The notes beneath the pieces are model-generated. The model did not search any database. It was not told the DNA's origin and worked only from the letters and a program-made list of their open reading frames with translations. Both the position numbers and the translations under genes were made by a program. A DNA stretch of 64,000 nt. Origin: an uncultured Sphaerobacteraceae bacterium. GTDB taxonomy: Bacteria; Chloroflexota; Chloroflexia; Thermomicrobiales; UBA6265. Each line of letters starts with the position of its first letter. Position 1 is the stretch's first letter. Below, piece after piece: positions 36,322 to 45,666 of the stretch. The DNA is taken from contig CAYWSE010000006.1 of the NCBI GenBank assembly GCA_964461025.1, positions 9,013-73,012 on the forward strand, given 5' to 3'.

Positions 36322-37299
36322 ATGACGCGATGCACCTGCTTCATTCTGACGCCGTCCGGAGTCTCCGCGCCGCAGGCGATGGTCGGCGGACTTGCCGGGT
36401 TCGCCACGATCCATACCGGTTCGTCGGCCGGCGATTTCGCCCCCGTCGCCGATCAGGTCGACTTTCTCGTCACCTATGGCGGCGGCAATCCCAAACGCCT
36501 CCTCGAACCGATGGAGATCTGGCCGGAACGGTTGCGCTGGATTTCCCACTCCGGCATCGGCGTCGATCAGTTTCTCTTCCCGCGATTGGCTGAAAGCGAC
36601 ATCGTGGTCACCAACATGCGCGGCGTGTCGATCTACGCCGTCGCCATGGCCGAATTCGCCTTTGCTGCCATCGCTCTCTTTGCGAAGAAACTGCTCGAAG
36701 TTGAACGAAACCGAGCAAGTCACCAGTGGTCTCCAGTACGGCACTCCCTGCTCCAGGGAAAGACCTTTGGCGTGATTGGTCTCGGCACTATCGGCCAGGA
36801 GCTGGCCAAACGCGCACTGGCTTTCGATATGAACGTCGTTGCCACGCGACGCAATCCCGGCCATGCGTCATTGCCGGGCGTCACCGTTCTCGCTCCATCC
36901 GAGCTCGATCGACTGCTGGCCGATGCCGATTACCTTGCCATCTGCGCCCCGCGCACGGCGGAAACGCACAACCTGATCGGCGCCGGTGAGATCGCTGTCA
37001 TGAAACCCGGCTCAGTGATCGTCAATGTGGCGCGCGGTGGCATGGTCAACGAGCTGGCGTTGGTCGACGCGCTTGAATCCGGCCACCTGGCCGGCGCGGC
37101 ACTCGATGTCTTCGAAGCGGAGCCGCTCCCGCCCGACAGCCCCTTATGGACCGCTCCGAATCTCTTCCTCTCGCCGCACATGTCCGCCAATGTCGATCTG
37201 GTCTCCGACGTGCTGGCGGAAGCCACCATCGACAACGCGAAGCGCTTCCTGGCCGGAGAACCTCTGCTGCGCATTGTCGACAAACTCGTCGGTTACTGA
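36322..37299 (+). CDS. D-isomer-specific 2-hydroxyacid dehydrogenase family, NAD-binding
   Basis: Motifs GKTFGVIGLGTIGQELAKRA, ARGGMVNE and LDVFE.EPLP. Confidence 0.85.
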   Translation: MTRCTCFILTPSGVSAPQAMVGGLAGFATIHTGSSAGDFAPVADQVDFLVTYGGGNPKRLLEPMEIWPERLRWISHSGIGVDQFLFPRLAESDIVVTNMRGVSIYAVAMAEFAFAAIALFAKKLLEVERNRASHQWSPVRHSLLQGKTFGVIGLGTIGQELAKRALAFDMNVVATRRNPGHASLPGVTVLAPSELDRLLADADYLAICAPRTAETHNLIGAGEIAVMKPGSVIVNVARGGMVNELALVDALESGHLAGAALDVFEAEPLPPDSPLWTAPNLFLSPHMSANVDLVSDVLAEATIDNAKRFLAGEPLLRIVDKLVGY

Positions 37300-37403
37300 G
37301 TCAGCAGCGCTCTTCTGAAAGAGAATCATTGCGAAGTTGCTCTTTGCACGGTAAATGGAGCAAGATATCGCCATACACCTCGATTAAGAAGCGAGCTCCC
37401 GCC

Positions 37404-39794
37404 ATGGCGGCATCTTTTCTGCCAGCAACAGCACAAATCCTGATCGGACGCGACCGCGAGATCGTGCAACTGCTGGCCCTTCTGCTCGATCCGTCGATTC
37501 GCCTGATCACGCTCACCGGTCCCGGTGGCGTCGGCAAGACGCAGCTCAGCGCCGAGGCTGTGCGACGGTTGATCGCCGCCGAGGAACGCGACGTTGCCTT
37601 CGTTGCGCTCGCATCGCTCTCCGATCCTGATCTTGTCGCTCCCACGATTGGACAGGCATTCGGGTTGAGCAATGTCGATGCGGACGCCTTGCCCGAGCGA
37701 CTGGGCGTTCTGGTGGGAGATTGTCCAACGCTGCTTCTCCTCGACAACTTTGAGCATCTTGTCGACGCCGCCCCGCTGATTGTCGCGCTGCTGAACGAAT
37801 CGCCCGCCTTGCAGGTGGTGGTGACGAGTCGCGTGCTGCTTCGACTCTCCCTCGAGCGAGAATTCCCGGTTCAGCCACTTCAGTTCCTCGATTCCGAAGA
37901 GTCGCCCCATTCGGAACGAGCTCCCGCCGTCAAGCTCTTCCTGCGTTGTGCCGGACTCGATGGCGCCCGGCTGAGTTCGGACGAGCTAGCAACGGTCACC
38001 GAGATTTGCCGGCGCGCCGATGGACTGCCGCTGGCGATCGAGCTCGCCGCCGCCAAATCCCGCCTCCTGACGTTGCCGGAGCTCCTGACCCGCATGAACC
38101 CAGCCCTGCCGCTGCTGGTGGATGGTCACCGCGACGCCCCGGCCCGGTTGCGGACGATGCACAACGCGGTCGCCTGGTCATACGACTTGCTGAATGACGA
38201 GGAACAGCACCTTTTCTGCGCTCTGAGTGTTTTTTCCGGCGGCTTCACCATTCCAGCCGCAGAGGCTGTCGCTCGGGTTTTTGGCGACATAGACATACTG
38301 ACCGGCTTGCAGTCATTGCTCGATCATTCGTTGATAAAGCGCGAACATGCTGAAGATCGATCACAACGATTCACCATGCTCGAGACCATTCGCGAGTATG
38401 GTCTGGAACGCCTCGCTGCCGAAGGCGAAGAGCAATCAGTACGAAAAGCGCATGCCGACTGGTTTGCTCGTCTCGTGCCACCCCAGCAGATCAGGGATAT
38501 TGTCGGGCTCTCCTGGCATCAGTTCCTGGCTCCCGGTGATCAGGACAACCTTCGGTTGGCGCTGAAGTGGTCGCTGGCACAGGGTGCCGGCCTGGCTGCA
38601 ACCTCCGTCGCCTCCCTGTTGACGCCTTTCTGGTGGCAGCAGGGGTATTTCAGTGAGGCAAGAGACGCGTACAACGCCCTCGTGGCCATCGCCGACACAT
38701 TGCCTTTGTCTTTGCGCGGCATGGTTTACGGCGCGGCTTCCGAGTTCGCAATTCAACAGAGCGCCTTCTCATCGAGCGGGGAACTCGCGGCAAAAGCGCT
38801 GGAATATGCACGCGAGATTAGCGACGACGAGCTCATCCGCTGGCACTTGCGGCAAATCTCGTGGGCAACGATGGTGCACGATCCAGCCGCGGCAATCGCT
38901 CCGGCCGAAGAGATAATCGAAATTTCCCGCCATGCCGGCGACATTCAAGGAGAGGTGCGGGCGCTCTGCATGCTGGCAATGTGCAAGGTCTATGACAACC
39001 GGCTGGAGGAAGCAATCGGCCACGAGGCCGATGCCGAAGCGGCGCTGAAAAGTCTCGTGGATCCCGATCCTGCGCTGGAAACCGAGCGGATTCAAATGCG
39101 CGGCAGCCTTGCCTTTTACTCGTCGCGCTACGACGAGGCGTTGCCGCTCCTGAACTTGGCGCTGGCCGAACGGCGAGCACAGGGCAATCGCGTGTTTGAA
39201 ATGCATTGCCTCCGCGACATCGGACGCATCCATCTCATCAAAGGCGACCGCCGCGGCGCCGCGGAGCGGTTCTCCGAGGCGTTGGCAATCGCGTATCTCC
39301 TCGGTTCGGAGCACGGCAAGAGCTACTGCTTCGATGAAGCCGCCGCGGTGGGGTCGAACGACAAGGATTCGGCGAATCTGCTGGGCGCGTCATCAGCGCT
39401 CCGGAAGAAACTCAAGCTTGCCAGCATTCCCACCGAGAAGTCGCTCCGGGAGGACACACGATCCAGACTCGTCGCTGCCATGGGCGAGACTGGATTTGGC
39501 GAAGCATTTCGCGCCGGAACGATGTTGACGAGCATGGAGGCATACAGAACCGCCCAACGCTCTCTGGAGTCGACCAGCTGCGAGACGGCGCCTTCGACAG
39601 GTTCGCTGCTAACAAGCCGCGAGCGGGAGGTGTTGCGACTGGTCGCCGCAGGAAAGTCCGACCGCGAAATCGGCGAGATCCTCTTCATCAGCCGTCGCAC
39701 CGCCGCCACGCACGTTTCGAGCATCCTCCGCAAATGCGATCTCCACTCCCGCGCCGAGGCGGCAGCCTGGGCGGTCCGCAACGATCTTTCCTGA
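37404..39794 (+). CDS. LuxR-family transcriptional regulator with N-terminal STAND/AAA ATPase and TPR-like middle region (LAL type), copy 1
   Basis: Walker A LTGPGGVGKTQLS and LLLDNFEHL. C-terminal HTH LTSREREVLRLVAAGKSDREIGEILFISRRTAATHVSSILRK. The start at ATG 37404 is in frame with the longer ORF. Confidence 0.85.
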   Translation: MAASFLPATAQILIGRDREIVQLLALLLDPSIRLITLTGPGGVGKTQLSAEAVRRLIAAEERDVAFVALASLSDPDLVAPTIGQAFGLSNVDADALPERLGVLVGDCPTLLLLDNFEHLVDAAPLIVALLNESPALQVVVTSRVLLRLSLEREFPVQPLQFLDSEESPHSERAPAVKLFLRCAGLDGARLSSDELATVTEICRRADGLPLAIELAAAKSRLLTLPELLTRMNPALPLLVDGHRDAPARLRTMHNAVAWSYDLLNDEEQHLFCALSVFSGGFTIPAAEAVARVFGDIDILTGLQSLLDHSLIKREHAEDRSQRFTMLETIREYGLERLAAEGEEQSVRKAHADWFARLVPPQQIRDIVGLSWHQFLAPGDQDNLRLALKWSLAQGAGLAATSVASLLTPFWWQQGYFSEARDAYNALVAIADTLPLSLRGMVYGAASEFAIQQSAFSSSGELAAKALEYAREISDDELIRWHLRQISWATMVHDPAAAIAPAEEIIEISRHAGDIQGEVRALCMLAMCKVYDNRLEEAIGHEADAEAALKSLVDPDPALETERIQMRGSLAFYSSRYDEALPLLNLALAERRAQGNRVFEMHCLRDIGRIHLIKGDRRGAAERFSEALAIAYLLGSEHGKSYCFDEAAAVGSNDKDSANLLGASSALRKKLKLASIPTEKSLREDTRSRLVAAMGETGFGEAFRAGTMLTSMEAYRTAQRSLESTSCETAPSTGSLLTSREREVLRLVAAGKSDREIGEILFISRRTAATHVSSILRKCDLHSRAEAAAWAVRNDLS

Positions 39795-39898
39795 CCTGCT
39801 TGCACATTTGACGTAGACCGCGCACATATCGCAAACCGTCAACCTGACGGATGCCTCCCGGTGATCTCTCCGCAAAGATCGAACCGGGAGACCATCCG

Positions 39899-40987
39899 AT
39901 GGTTGATGCAAAACGCCTCATCTCTCTCGCGGTGACGTTCGCCATTATGCTGAATGCCGCGACGGTTGCGACTGTCTGGACGCGAGGACCTGCCGGCGCA
40001 GATGGAGCACCGGCAGTCGTTGCCGTTGTTCAACGCTTCTACGACGCCATCAACATCGCCATTGCCTCGAGCGACACGCAACCCCTGCGCGCCGTCATCG
40101 CGCAGTCCTATGTCGATACGAACCCGTTTGCCAGTCAGGCCTCCGATCGCCAGGGACTGGTCGAGCACGTCCAGAGCCTTCACGCCATCGATCCGGGTTT
40201 GCGACTCTTCGTAACGGGCACCGATGTCGCCGGCAATTGGGCGCGAGTGAGTCTCGAAATCATACCCGGCAGCGAAGCTCGATTGAAGTTCCACCGATCT
40301 GGTCTGTGGCCGGAGCGCGAGGAGCTTGCGATCGCAGCAGGACAGGTTCGCGAACGACGCGGAGACAACTCCGGCCTCGTTCAGGTGAGGTTCGGTTGCG
40401 GATTCGAATTTCCGGCGAGCCGCGGCGATGACATCATCCGAGTCACGCGCATCGAAATGCCGCCGCGAGCGTCGACGCGGGTGTCGAGTCCCCTGGGATC
40501 GCTCGGCATGCGGGTCATCGCGGGGAGTGCGACATACATCGACGTCCGGTCAGAATCCTCCGATCGCTCAGCCGCCAGGTCGGAGCTCACCCTGCTCCAG
40601 GAAGGATCGACGGTGACCGCTTCTTCCGGCACGCACCGAATTTCGTCCGGCAGTAACGGTGCGATCTTGCTGCTCTTCACACAGCACGTCGAATCGGTCC
40701 TCGGCGGACCGTGGAACGATCGGTCCGCTCTCGACCCCCGCGTTCATGCAGTCGAGATGCTCAGCGCCCAGCAACAGATCAATTGCGCAGAAATCAGCAT
40801 GATGCCGAATGCGACCGTGTTCGTGCCGAGTATCGACGGCGTGGTCGTTGTTCCTGATTCATCGCTCGAACGCTGCTGGCCGCCGCCGCACAAGGTTGAC
40901 GGTCTCCGCGCTCTTCGCAACTGCTACGCAGAGCCAGCATCGCTGCTGATCCTCGACGCTGCAGCGGTACTCTTTCCCCCAACCTAA
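39899..40987 (+). CDS. Membrane-anchored SnoaL/NTF2-like + cupin-like protein, paralog A
   Basis: GGGAG lies 8 nt before the ATG at 39899. TM LISLAVTFAIMLNAATVATVW, then VVQRFYDAINIAI...SYVDTN. This is the most divergent of the three paralogs. Confidence 0.65.
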   Translation: MVDAKRLISLAVTFAIMLNAATVATVWTRGPAGADGAPAVVAVVQRFYDAINIAIASSDTQPLRAVIAQSYVDTNPFASQASDRQGLVEHVQSLHAIDPGLRLFVTGTDVAGNWARVSLEIIPGSEARLKFHRSGLWPEREELAIAAGQVRERRGDNSGLVQVRFGCGFEFPASRGDDIIRVTRIEMPPRASTRVSSPLGSLGMRVIAGSATYIDVRSESSDRSAARSELTLLQEGSTVTASSGTHRISSGSNGAILLLFTQHVESVLGGPWNDRSALDPRVHAVEMLSAQQQINCAEISMMPNATVFVPSIDGVVVVPDSSLERCWPPPHKVDGLRALRNCYAEPASLLILDAAAVLFPPT

Positions 40988-41033
40988 GTAGTAAGTCCAA
41001 CGTTCATTGCCCTGTCAGCTCCCCAATTGCCAT

Positions 41034-41082
41034 GTCATTCTGAGCGCCAGCGAAGAATCTCCCGCCGCAGCGGTAAGCCACC
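41034..41082 (+). repeat. Short version of the dispersed gtcattc...aatctcccgccgcagcggtaagccacc module
   Basis: gtcattctgagcgccagcgaagaatctcccgccgcagcggtaagccacc matches both ends of the long modules but lacks their middle. Confidence 0.65.
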
Positions 41083-41197
41083 AACCCAGTCGATCGAATC
41101 GCCGCAGCCACTTCCCGAATCTCGTGTCTGTGCTGAGTTCTTCGCGCCCGGCATACTACGCAGCATGGAAAGCAGGCAAATGACACAACAGGAGCGC

Positions 41198-42049
41198 ATG
41201 CAAATGAAGGTTCTGGTCACCGGCGGAAGCGGCAAACTCGGCACATTCGTCGTCAACGACCTGGCCGCTCACGGCTACGATGTCGTCAGCATCGATCAGA
41301 AAGCGCCAACTGATCTGCCATCCTCGGCCCGGTTCATCAAAACAGACTTGCACAGCATTGGTGAAATCGCCAACGCCATGCGCGGTGCGGCCGGCATCGT
41401 TCACCTCGGCGCCATTCCCAACCCCTATGGCGTCGCCGACGAAGTCGTCTTTGCCAATAACACCCAGGCCACCTTCGCCGTCCTGCAGGCCGCCTCGCTG
41501 CTCGGCGTGAAGAAAGCCGTCATCGCCTCCAGTGTGTCCGCCTATGGCGCCGCCTGGTCGCTGACGCCGCTTCTGCCACGCTACGCGCCCGTCGACGAGC
41601 AACACCCGATGGACAATCACGATGCCTACGGTCTCTCCAAGGAAGTCGACGAACGCACCGCCGAGATGTTCGTCAGGCGAGACGGCATGCAGATCGCCGC
41701 GATGCGCTTTCATTGGGTCGGCGCTCCGGACGAAATCGCCGGTATTGGTCCCGACGGCATGACGGAGGAAGAGCTCGTCGGCAACGCCAAAATCCTCTGG
41801 GGATATGTCGATGCCCGTGACGCCGCCGCCGCATGCCGCCTCGCTCTGGAAGCCGATTTTGGCGGATTCGAGCCGTTTAACGTCGTCGCTCCCGATACCC
41901 AGAGCCACACGCCGACCGAAGATCTGCTCCGCCTCTACGCGCCAAACACCGAGTTGAAAGGCAAGCTCCCGGGAACGACCTCCGGCTACTCGACCGAAAA
42001 GGCTCGCCGCCTCCTCGGCTGGGAATGCCAGTACGGATGGCGTAGCTGA
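41198..42049 (+). CDS. NAD-dependent epimerase/dehydratase (extended SDR)
   Basis: MQMKVLVTGGSGKLGTFV Rossmann motif and a YGLSK catalytic motif. The start is either 41198 or 41204. Confidence 0.85.
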   Translation: MQMKVLVTGGSGKLGTFVVNDLAAHGYDVVSIDQKAPTDLPSSARFIKTDLHSIGEIANAMRGAAGIVHLGAIPNPYGVADEVVFANNTQATFAVLQAASLLGVKKAVIASSVSAYGAAWSLTPLLPRYAPVDEQHPMDNHDAYGLSKEVDERTAEMFVRRDGMQIAAMRFHWVGAPDEIAGIGPDGMTEEELVGNAKILWGYVDARDAAAACRLALEADFGGFEPFNVVAPDTQSHTPTEDLLRLYAPNTELKGKLPGTTSGYSTEKARRLLGWECQYGWRS

Positions 42050-42261
42050 CCCTTGGGGCCGGTCGCACGCTCGCATCTGTGGCGCTTGTCGCACGGATGT
42101 CGCCCACTCCAACTCGTCACAGGCGCCAGGGTTCCCTGAAGGCGAGCAACGACCGCGCTGTCTGATGACTCCGTCTCGTACGATCTGTCAGATTTCCCCA
42201 CCCGAAGCGTTTATCTGAGCGAGAGAACGTTTGGGACAGGGTCTGTCAGGTCAACGAGGCA

Positions 42262-42846
42262 ATGTTGAGCAACCCATTCGCCAGCGACGCAACTCCGGCG
42301 CTGCACGTCATTCCCGAAACTGACGAAGCCCTGGCCGCGCGTGCCTCCATCGACGAAGCCGCGCTCGCTGAGCTCTATCGACGCCATGTTGGCGCGGTCT
42401 ATCGCTTCTGCTTGCTCAGGCTAAACAACCGGCAACTTGCTGAAGACTGCACCAGCGAGATCTTTACGCGCGTCGTCAGCGCGATCGATCGCTTCCAGCC
42501 CGATCGCTTTCGTGGCTGGCTCTTCACCATCGCTCGCAATGAGGTCACCAACGTCTATCGCCAGAATCGAACCACGTTCTCGCTTGACGTTGCCGAGGAC
42601 GTCTCGTCGTCCGACGACATCGAGGCGATGACCGAACAATCGCTCGCATTGCAGGAGGTCGCACGGCATTTGTCCGCTCTCACCCCCGATCAACGCGCGG
42701 TGATCGAACTGCGCTTTGCCGGCCTGACAGGTCAGGAGATCGCCGTCGCTATGAATCGGAACGATGCCTGGGTTCACACCACGCAATACCGCGCGATCAG
42801 GGCGCTCAAATCGAGAATGGTCCCACCTCCCGGAGGTCTGACGTGA
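42262..42846 (+). CDS. ECF-type sigma-70 family RNA polymerase sigma factor
   Basis: Region 2 is RGWLFTIARNEVTNVYR. Region 4 is LTPDQRAVIELRFAGLTGQEIAVAM. Start/stop overlap with the next gene. Confidence 0.9.
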   Translation: MLSNPFASDATPALHVIPETDEALAARASIDEAALAELYRRHVGAVYRFCLLRLNNRQLAEDCTSEIFTRVVSAIDRFQPDRFRGWLFTIARNEVTNVYRQNRTTFSLDVAEDVSSSDDIEAMTEQSLALQEVARHLSALTPDQRAVIELRFAGLTGQEIAVAMNRNDAWVHTTQYRAIRALKSRMVPPPGGLT

Positions 42847-44234
42847 AATTCCGGCGCGACAACAACCGGCAGGCGACGATCTCGCTGAACAACTACTGGG
42901 ACGCACTCGTCGGCCATGCTGGAGCCGAAACGCTCCCTGGTCCTGACACCGATCCAGAGATTGCAAGGATCGCTCGTCATCTTGACCAGGTCGCAGTGGC
43001 GATCCTGCCCGATGCCAGCTTTGTCGCCCGGCTGGAGGGACAGTTGCTCGTTCACCAGAGAGAGAGTGCCGCAATGATCGCCCCCCTGACTGCTCCGGAC
43101 GTTCGATGGAGCGATCCAGCACCGCATTCGCGGCCGGCGCGAAACGCTGCGTCCGTTCGGTGGCTGGTGGCCGCCGCCGCTGCGTGCATCGTTCTTGGCA
43201 TTGCGATGTATGGGCGGTTTGGCTGGTTTGGCGACGACGCCCCACCGGTTCCAGTTATTCCGGCTGTTATGCAATCGGATGCGACCCCGGAAGCATCGCC
43301 GGCCGGCACGCCCGCCGTGATGGTCAATCCAAACAACATTGCAGCGATCTGGCAATGGGATCTTCCCCCTGAATACAACCAGAACGATGGGCTCGATCAA
43401 TTTTTGCGCGTTGCCATCGGCCCGGACGGCACGATTTATGCCATCGATCCGGACGCAGACGGGGCAATTCATCTTCTCGACGCGGACGGCACTCAAACCG
43501 GCACATGGGGTAGCCCTGGTACAGAGCCGGGCGCCTTCAATTTCGCTCTCCCCAGCTCCACCAATCCATTGCCCGGTGGGGATATCGATTTTGACGCCGA
43601 AGGAAACATCTACGTCTTCGACAGCGGCAACGACCGCATTCAGAAGTTCAGCCCCGATCGGCAGTTCATCAGGGAATGGCCAATCGAGGGGAGTGATCGT
43701 GTCGAGTACAACAAGCCACTTGGCGCCGTCGATCCGGTCAACGAGAGGGTGTACGTCGTCACCGAGCTCTATCCCCGGGTGCAAGTCTTCGATCTGGAAG
43801 GAAATCTGCTGAATACCTGGGGCGAGTTCGGCGGAAAAGAGGGCCAGTTCCGGGCGCCATCCGATGTGGCGGTGGCGCCGGATGGGACGGTCTGGATCTC
43901 CGACAAGGGAATCGCCCGCATCCAGCACTTTGATGCCGACGGCGCCTTCCTCGGCATGATCGGCGGCGAACGGGGCGGCGAGCCCGGGCAATTCAACCAG
44001 GTCACCGGTCTGTTCATCGACAACGATTACAACATCTACGTCGCCGACTTCGGCAATGGCCGGATTCAGGTCGTTCGCCCGGATGGAACGCCACTTCTCG
44101 CGTTCACCGTGATCGGTGGAACAGAACGCATCGCCGGCGCCTACTCGCTCTGGGTCGATGACGAGGGCAGCTTATATGTCGGCGATTCCTACGACGACCG
44201 CGTGCTCAAATTGCAGCTCCCCCCACTGCACTGA
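42843..44234 (+). CDS. Anti-sigma-like membrane protein with extracytoplasmic NHL-repeat beta-propeller
   Basis: GTGA overlap with the sigma gene. N-terminal LNNYWDALV motif, one TM (WLVAAAAACIVLGIAMYG), then repeated G.F..P..VA.D..G.(I/V)(Y/W)V.D..N.RIQ.F units. Confidence 0.8.
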   Translation: MKFRRDNNRQATISLNNYWDALVGHAGAETLPGPDTDPEIARIARHLDQVAVAILPDASFVARLEGQLLVHQRESAAMIAPLTAPDVRWSDPAPHSRPARNAASVRWLVAAAAACIVLGIAMYGRFGWFGDDAPPVPVIPAVMQSDATPEASPAGTPAVMVNPNNIAAIWQWDLPPEYNQNDGLDQFLRVAIGPDGTIYAIDPDADGAIHLLDADGTQTGTWGSPGTEPGAFNFALPSSTNPLPGGDIDFDAEGNIYVFDSGNDRIQKFSPDRQFIREWPIEGSDRVEYNKPLGAVDPVNERVYVVTELYPRVQVFDLEGNLLNTWGEFGGKEGQFRAPSDVAVAPDGTVWISDKGIARIQHFDADGAFLGMIGGERGGEPGQFNQVTGLFIDNDYNIYVADFGNGRIQVVRPDGTPLLAFTVIGGTERIAGAYSLWVDDEGSLYVGDSYDDRVLKLQLPPLH

Positions 44235-44346
44235 CGGCAAATCACTACTCGGTACGACATCGATTGGATCTTTCGGACAGTTCAAAGATCACATCTGGCT
44301 ACGCAACCGGACCCTTTCGAGAGTTGCTGTCCAGGCAGGAGCCACC

Positions 44347-45606
44347 ATGAGCAGAACCCTCGCGGGAATCTCGCTGATCTTGATGCTGTTGACCGGTCTC
44401 GTGGTCGGACAGCTCGGCATAGTAGGCACATCCCGGCGGGCGCCAGTTTCGATCTCTTCCGCCGCGTCGCTCCAGGGATCCTACGAGTTTTACGACGCAA
44501 TCAATGACTTCATGGCGACCGGGAATCCTGCGCAGCTTCGGTCGACCCTGCACCCAGAGTTCGTCGATCACTCGCTGGACGCGGGCAGCCCGGCCACTGG
44601 CGCCGATCTGGAGCGATACATCGACTCCGTGCGCCTGGCATCACCTGGACTCGAATTCTCCATCACGGCTGTCCTCCGTGAGCCGGGAGTCGTTGCTGTG
44701 ACGATCGTGAGCGAGTTGCCCGTGCATGAGGAAGATGTGCGACTACGGCTCGACGTTCACGACAGTCTCCCGGCATTCGATCTGCTGAGATTCCGCGGAT
44801 CGAGACTCATCGAGCGCTGGTCGTTTCCCACGGCGCCTCGGATCGGTCACGTGGAGACGCTCGCCGAAGTCACATTTGAGCTATCCGTGCGAACGACGGG
44901 CTACATCCTGGAGCGGTATACGCTCGACCAGTCAGAACACTTGGACTTGCTCCATGAGACAGGCGTCGTGATTCTGACAGAAAGCGGAGCGGTGTCCTGC
45001 GAGAGTATCGCGACCTCGCGTCTCGGGCAATTGCAGGACACACAGGAACCATGCCGAAAACACCAGGGAAGCAATGTGATCATTGAGGGTGGACGATCGA
45101 TTCGGCTGACGAACCCTGGCGCGGAACTTGCCTCATTCGTCACGTGGAGACTGCAAGAAGACGGTATCGCGCCAGGTGCTTCTGACACTGGGGGCAGCGT
45201 AGGCGGGCAGTCGGAGGTTTCCGGGCAGGTGCTTGCGTTCGGCTCGTTCGAGCTGAAGGGTCGAGAACCGCTGGAAATCGTCATCCAACAGGCGTACCTC
45301 GAGCCGGGGAACGGCATTGCCGAACACGTGGTGATCGGGGAAGAAATCGTGCTTCCTGTCGCCGGTGAGATCAGCGTGTCCAGCCTGTACGGAGACTTGG
45401 AGAGCCTCACATCGACCGGACAACTGACCCCAGTCGGCCCGCCGCCTGTTGTGACTGCTCATACGGCGATTGTGGCCCACCACGACGCCAGCGTTGGCTA
45501 TCGCAACGTGACCAATGCGGGAACCACCGTCCTCGTGTTCAGCATCGCGCCCGCGAAGACATCAATCGCAGACGAGGTCGCGCCAAGCGAGCGGCAATTG
45601 AATTGA
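44347..45606 (+). CDS. Membrane-anchored SnoaL/NTF2-like + double-cupin-like protein, paralog B
   Basis: AGGAG lies 5 nt before the ATG at 44347. TM GISLILMLLTGLVVGQ. Motifs YEFYDAIN, LHPEFVDH and RLIERWS are shared with paralog C. Confidence 0.75.
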   Translation: MSRTLAGISLILMLLTGLVVGQLGIVGTSRRAPVSISSAASLQGSYEFYDAINDFMATGNPAQLRSTLHPEFVDHSLDAGSPATGADLERYIDSVRLASPGLEFSITAVLREPGVVAVTIVSELPVHEEDVRLRLDVHDSLPAFDLLRFRGSRLIERWSFPTAPRIGHVETLAEVTFELSVRTTGYILERYTLDQSEHLDLLHETGVVILTESGAVSCESIATSRLGQLQDTQEPCRKHQGSNVIIEGGRSIRLTNPGAELASFVTWRLQEDGIAPGASDTGGSVGGQSEVSGQVLAFGSFELKGREPLEIVIQQAYLEPGNGIAEHVVIGEEIVLPVAGEISVSSLYGDLESLTSTGQLTPVGPPPVVTAHTAIVAHHDASVGYRNVTNAGTTVLVFSIAPAKTSIADEVAPSERQLN

Positions 45607-45666
45607 CCTGACGCGAATCGTCGGCCATAGTGTGTCGATACATAATGACTCTGCACGGAGTCTCCT

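Noticed and set aside
36154-36864. The N-terminal 237 aa of the 550-aa ORF that contains the BKACE enzyme.
   Set aside because: The BKACE homology starts at the internal ATG 36153, which has its own SD. The upstream part is antisense to the start of the 2-hydroxyacid dehydrogenase gene and has no recognisable features.
42050-42261. Candidate ECF-type promoter and gtcgcacg direct repeats upstream of the sigma gene at 42262.
   Set aside because: The sequences only loosely resemble the GGAAC...CGT(C/T) consensus at acceptable spacing. This is too weak to call without a transcription start site.
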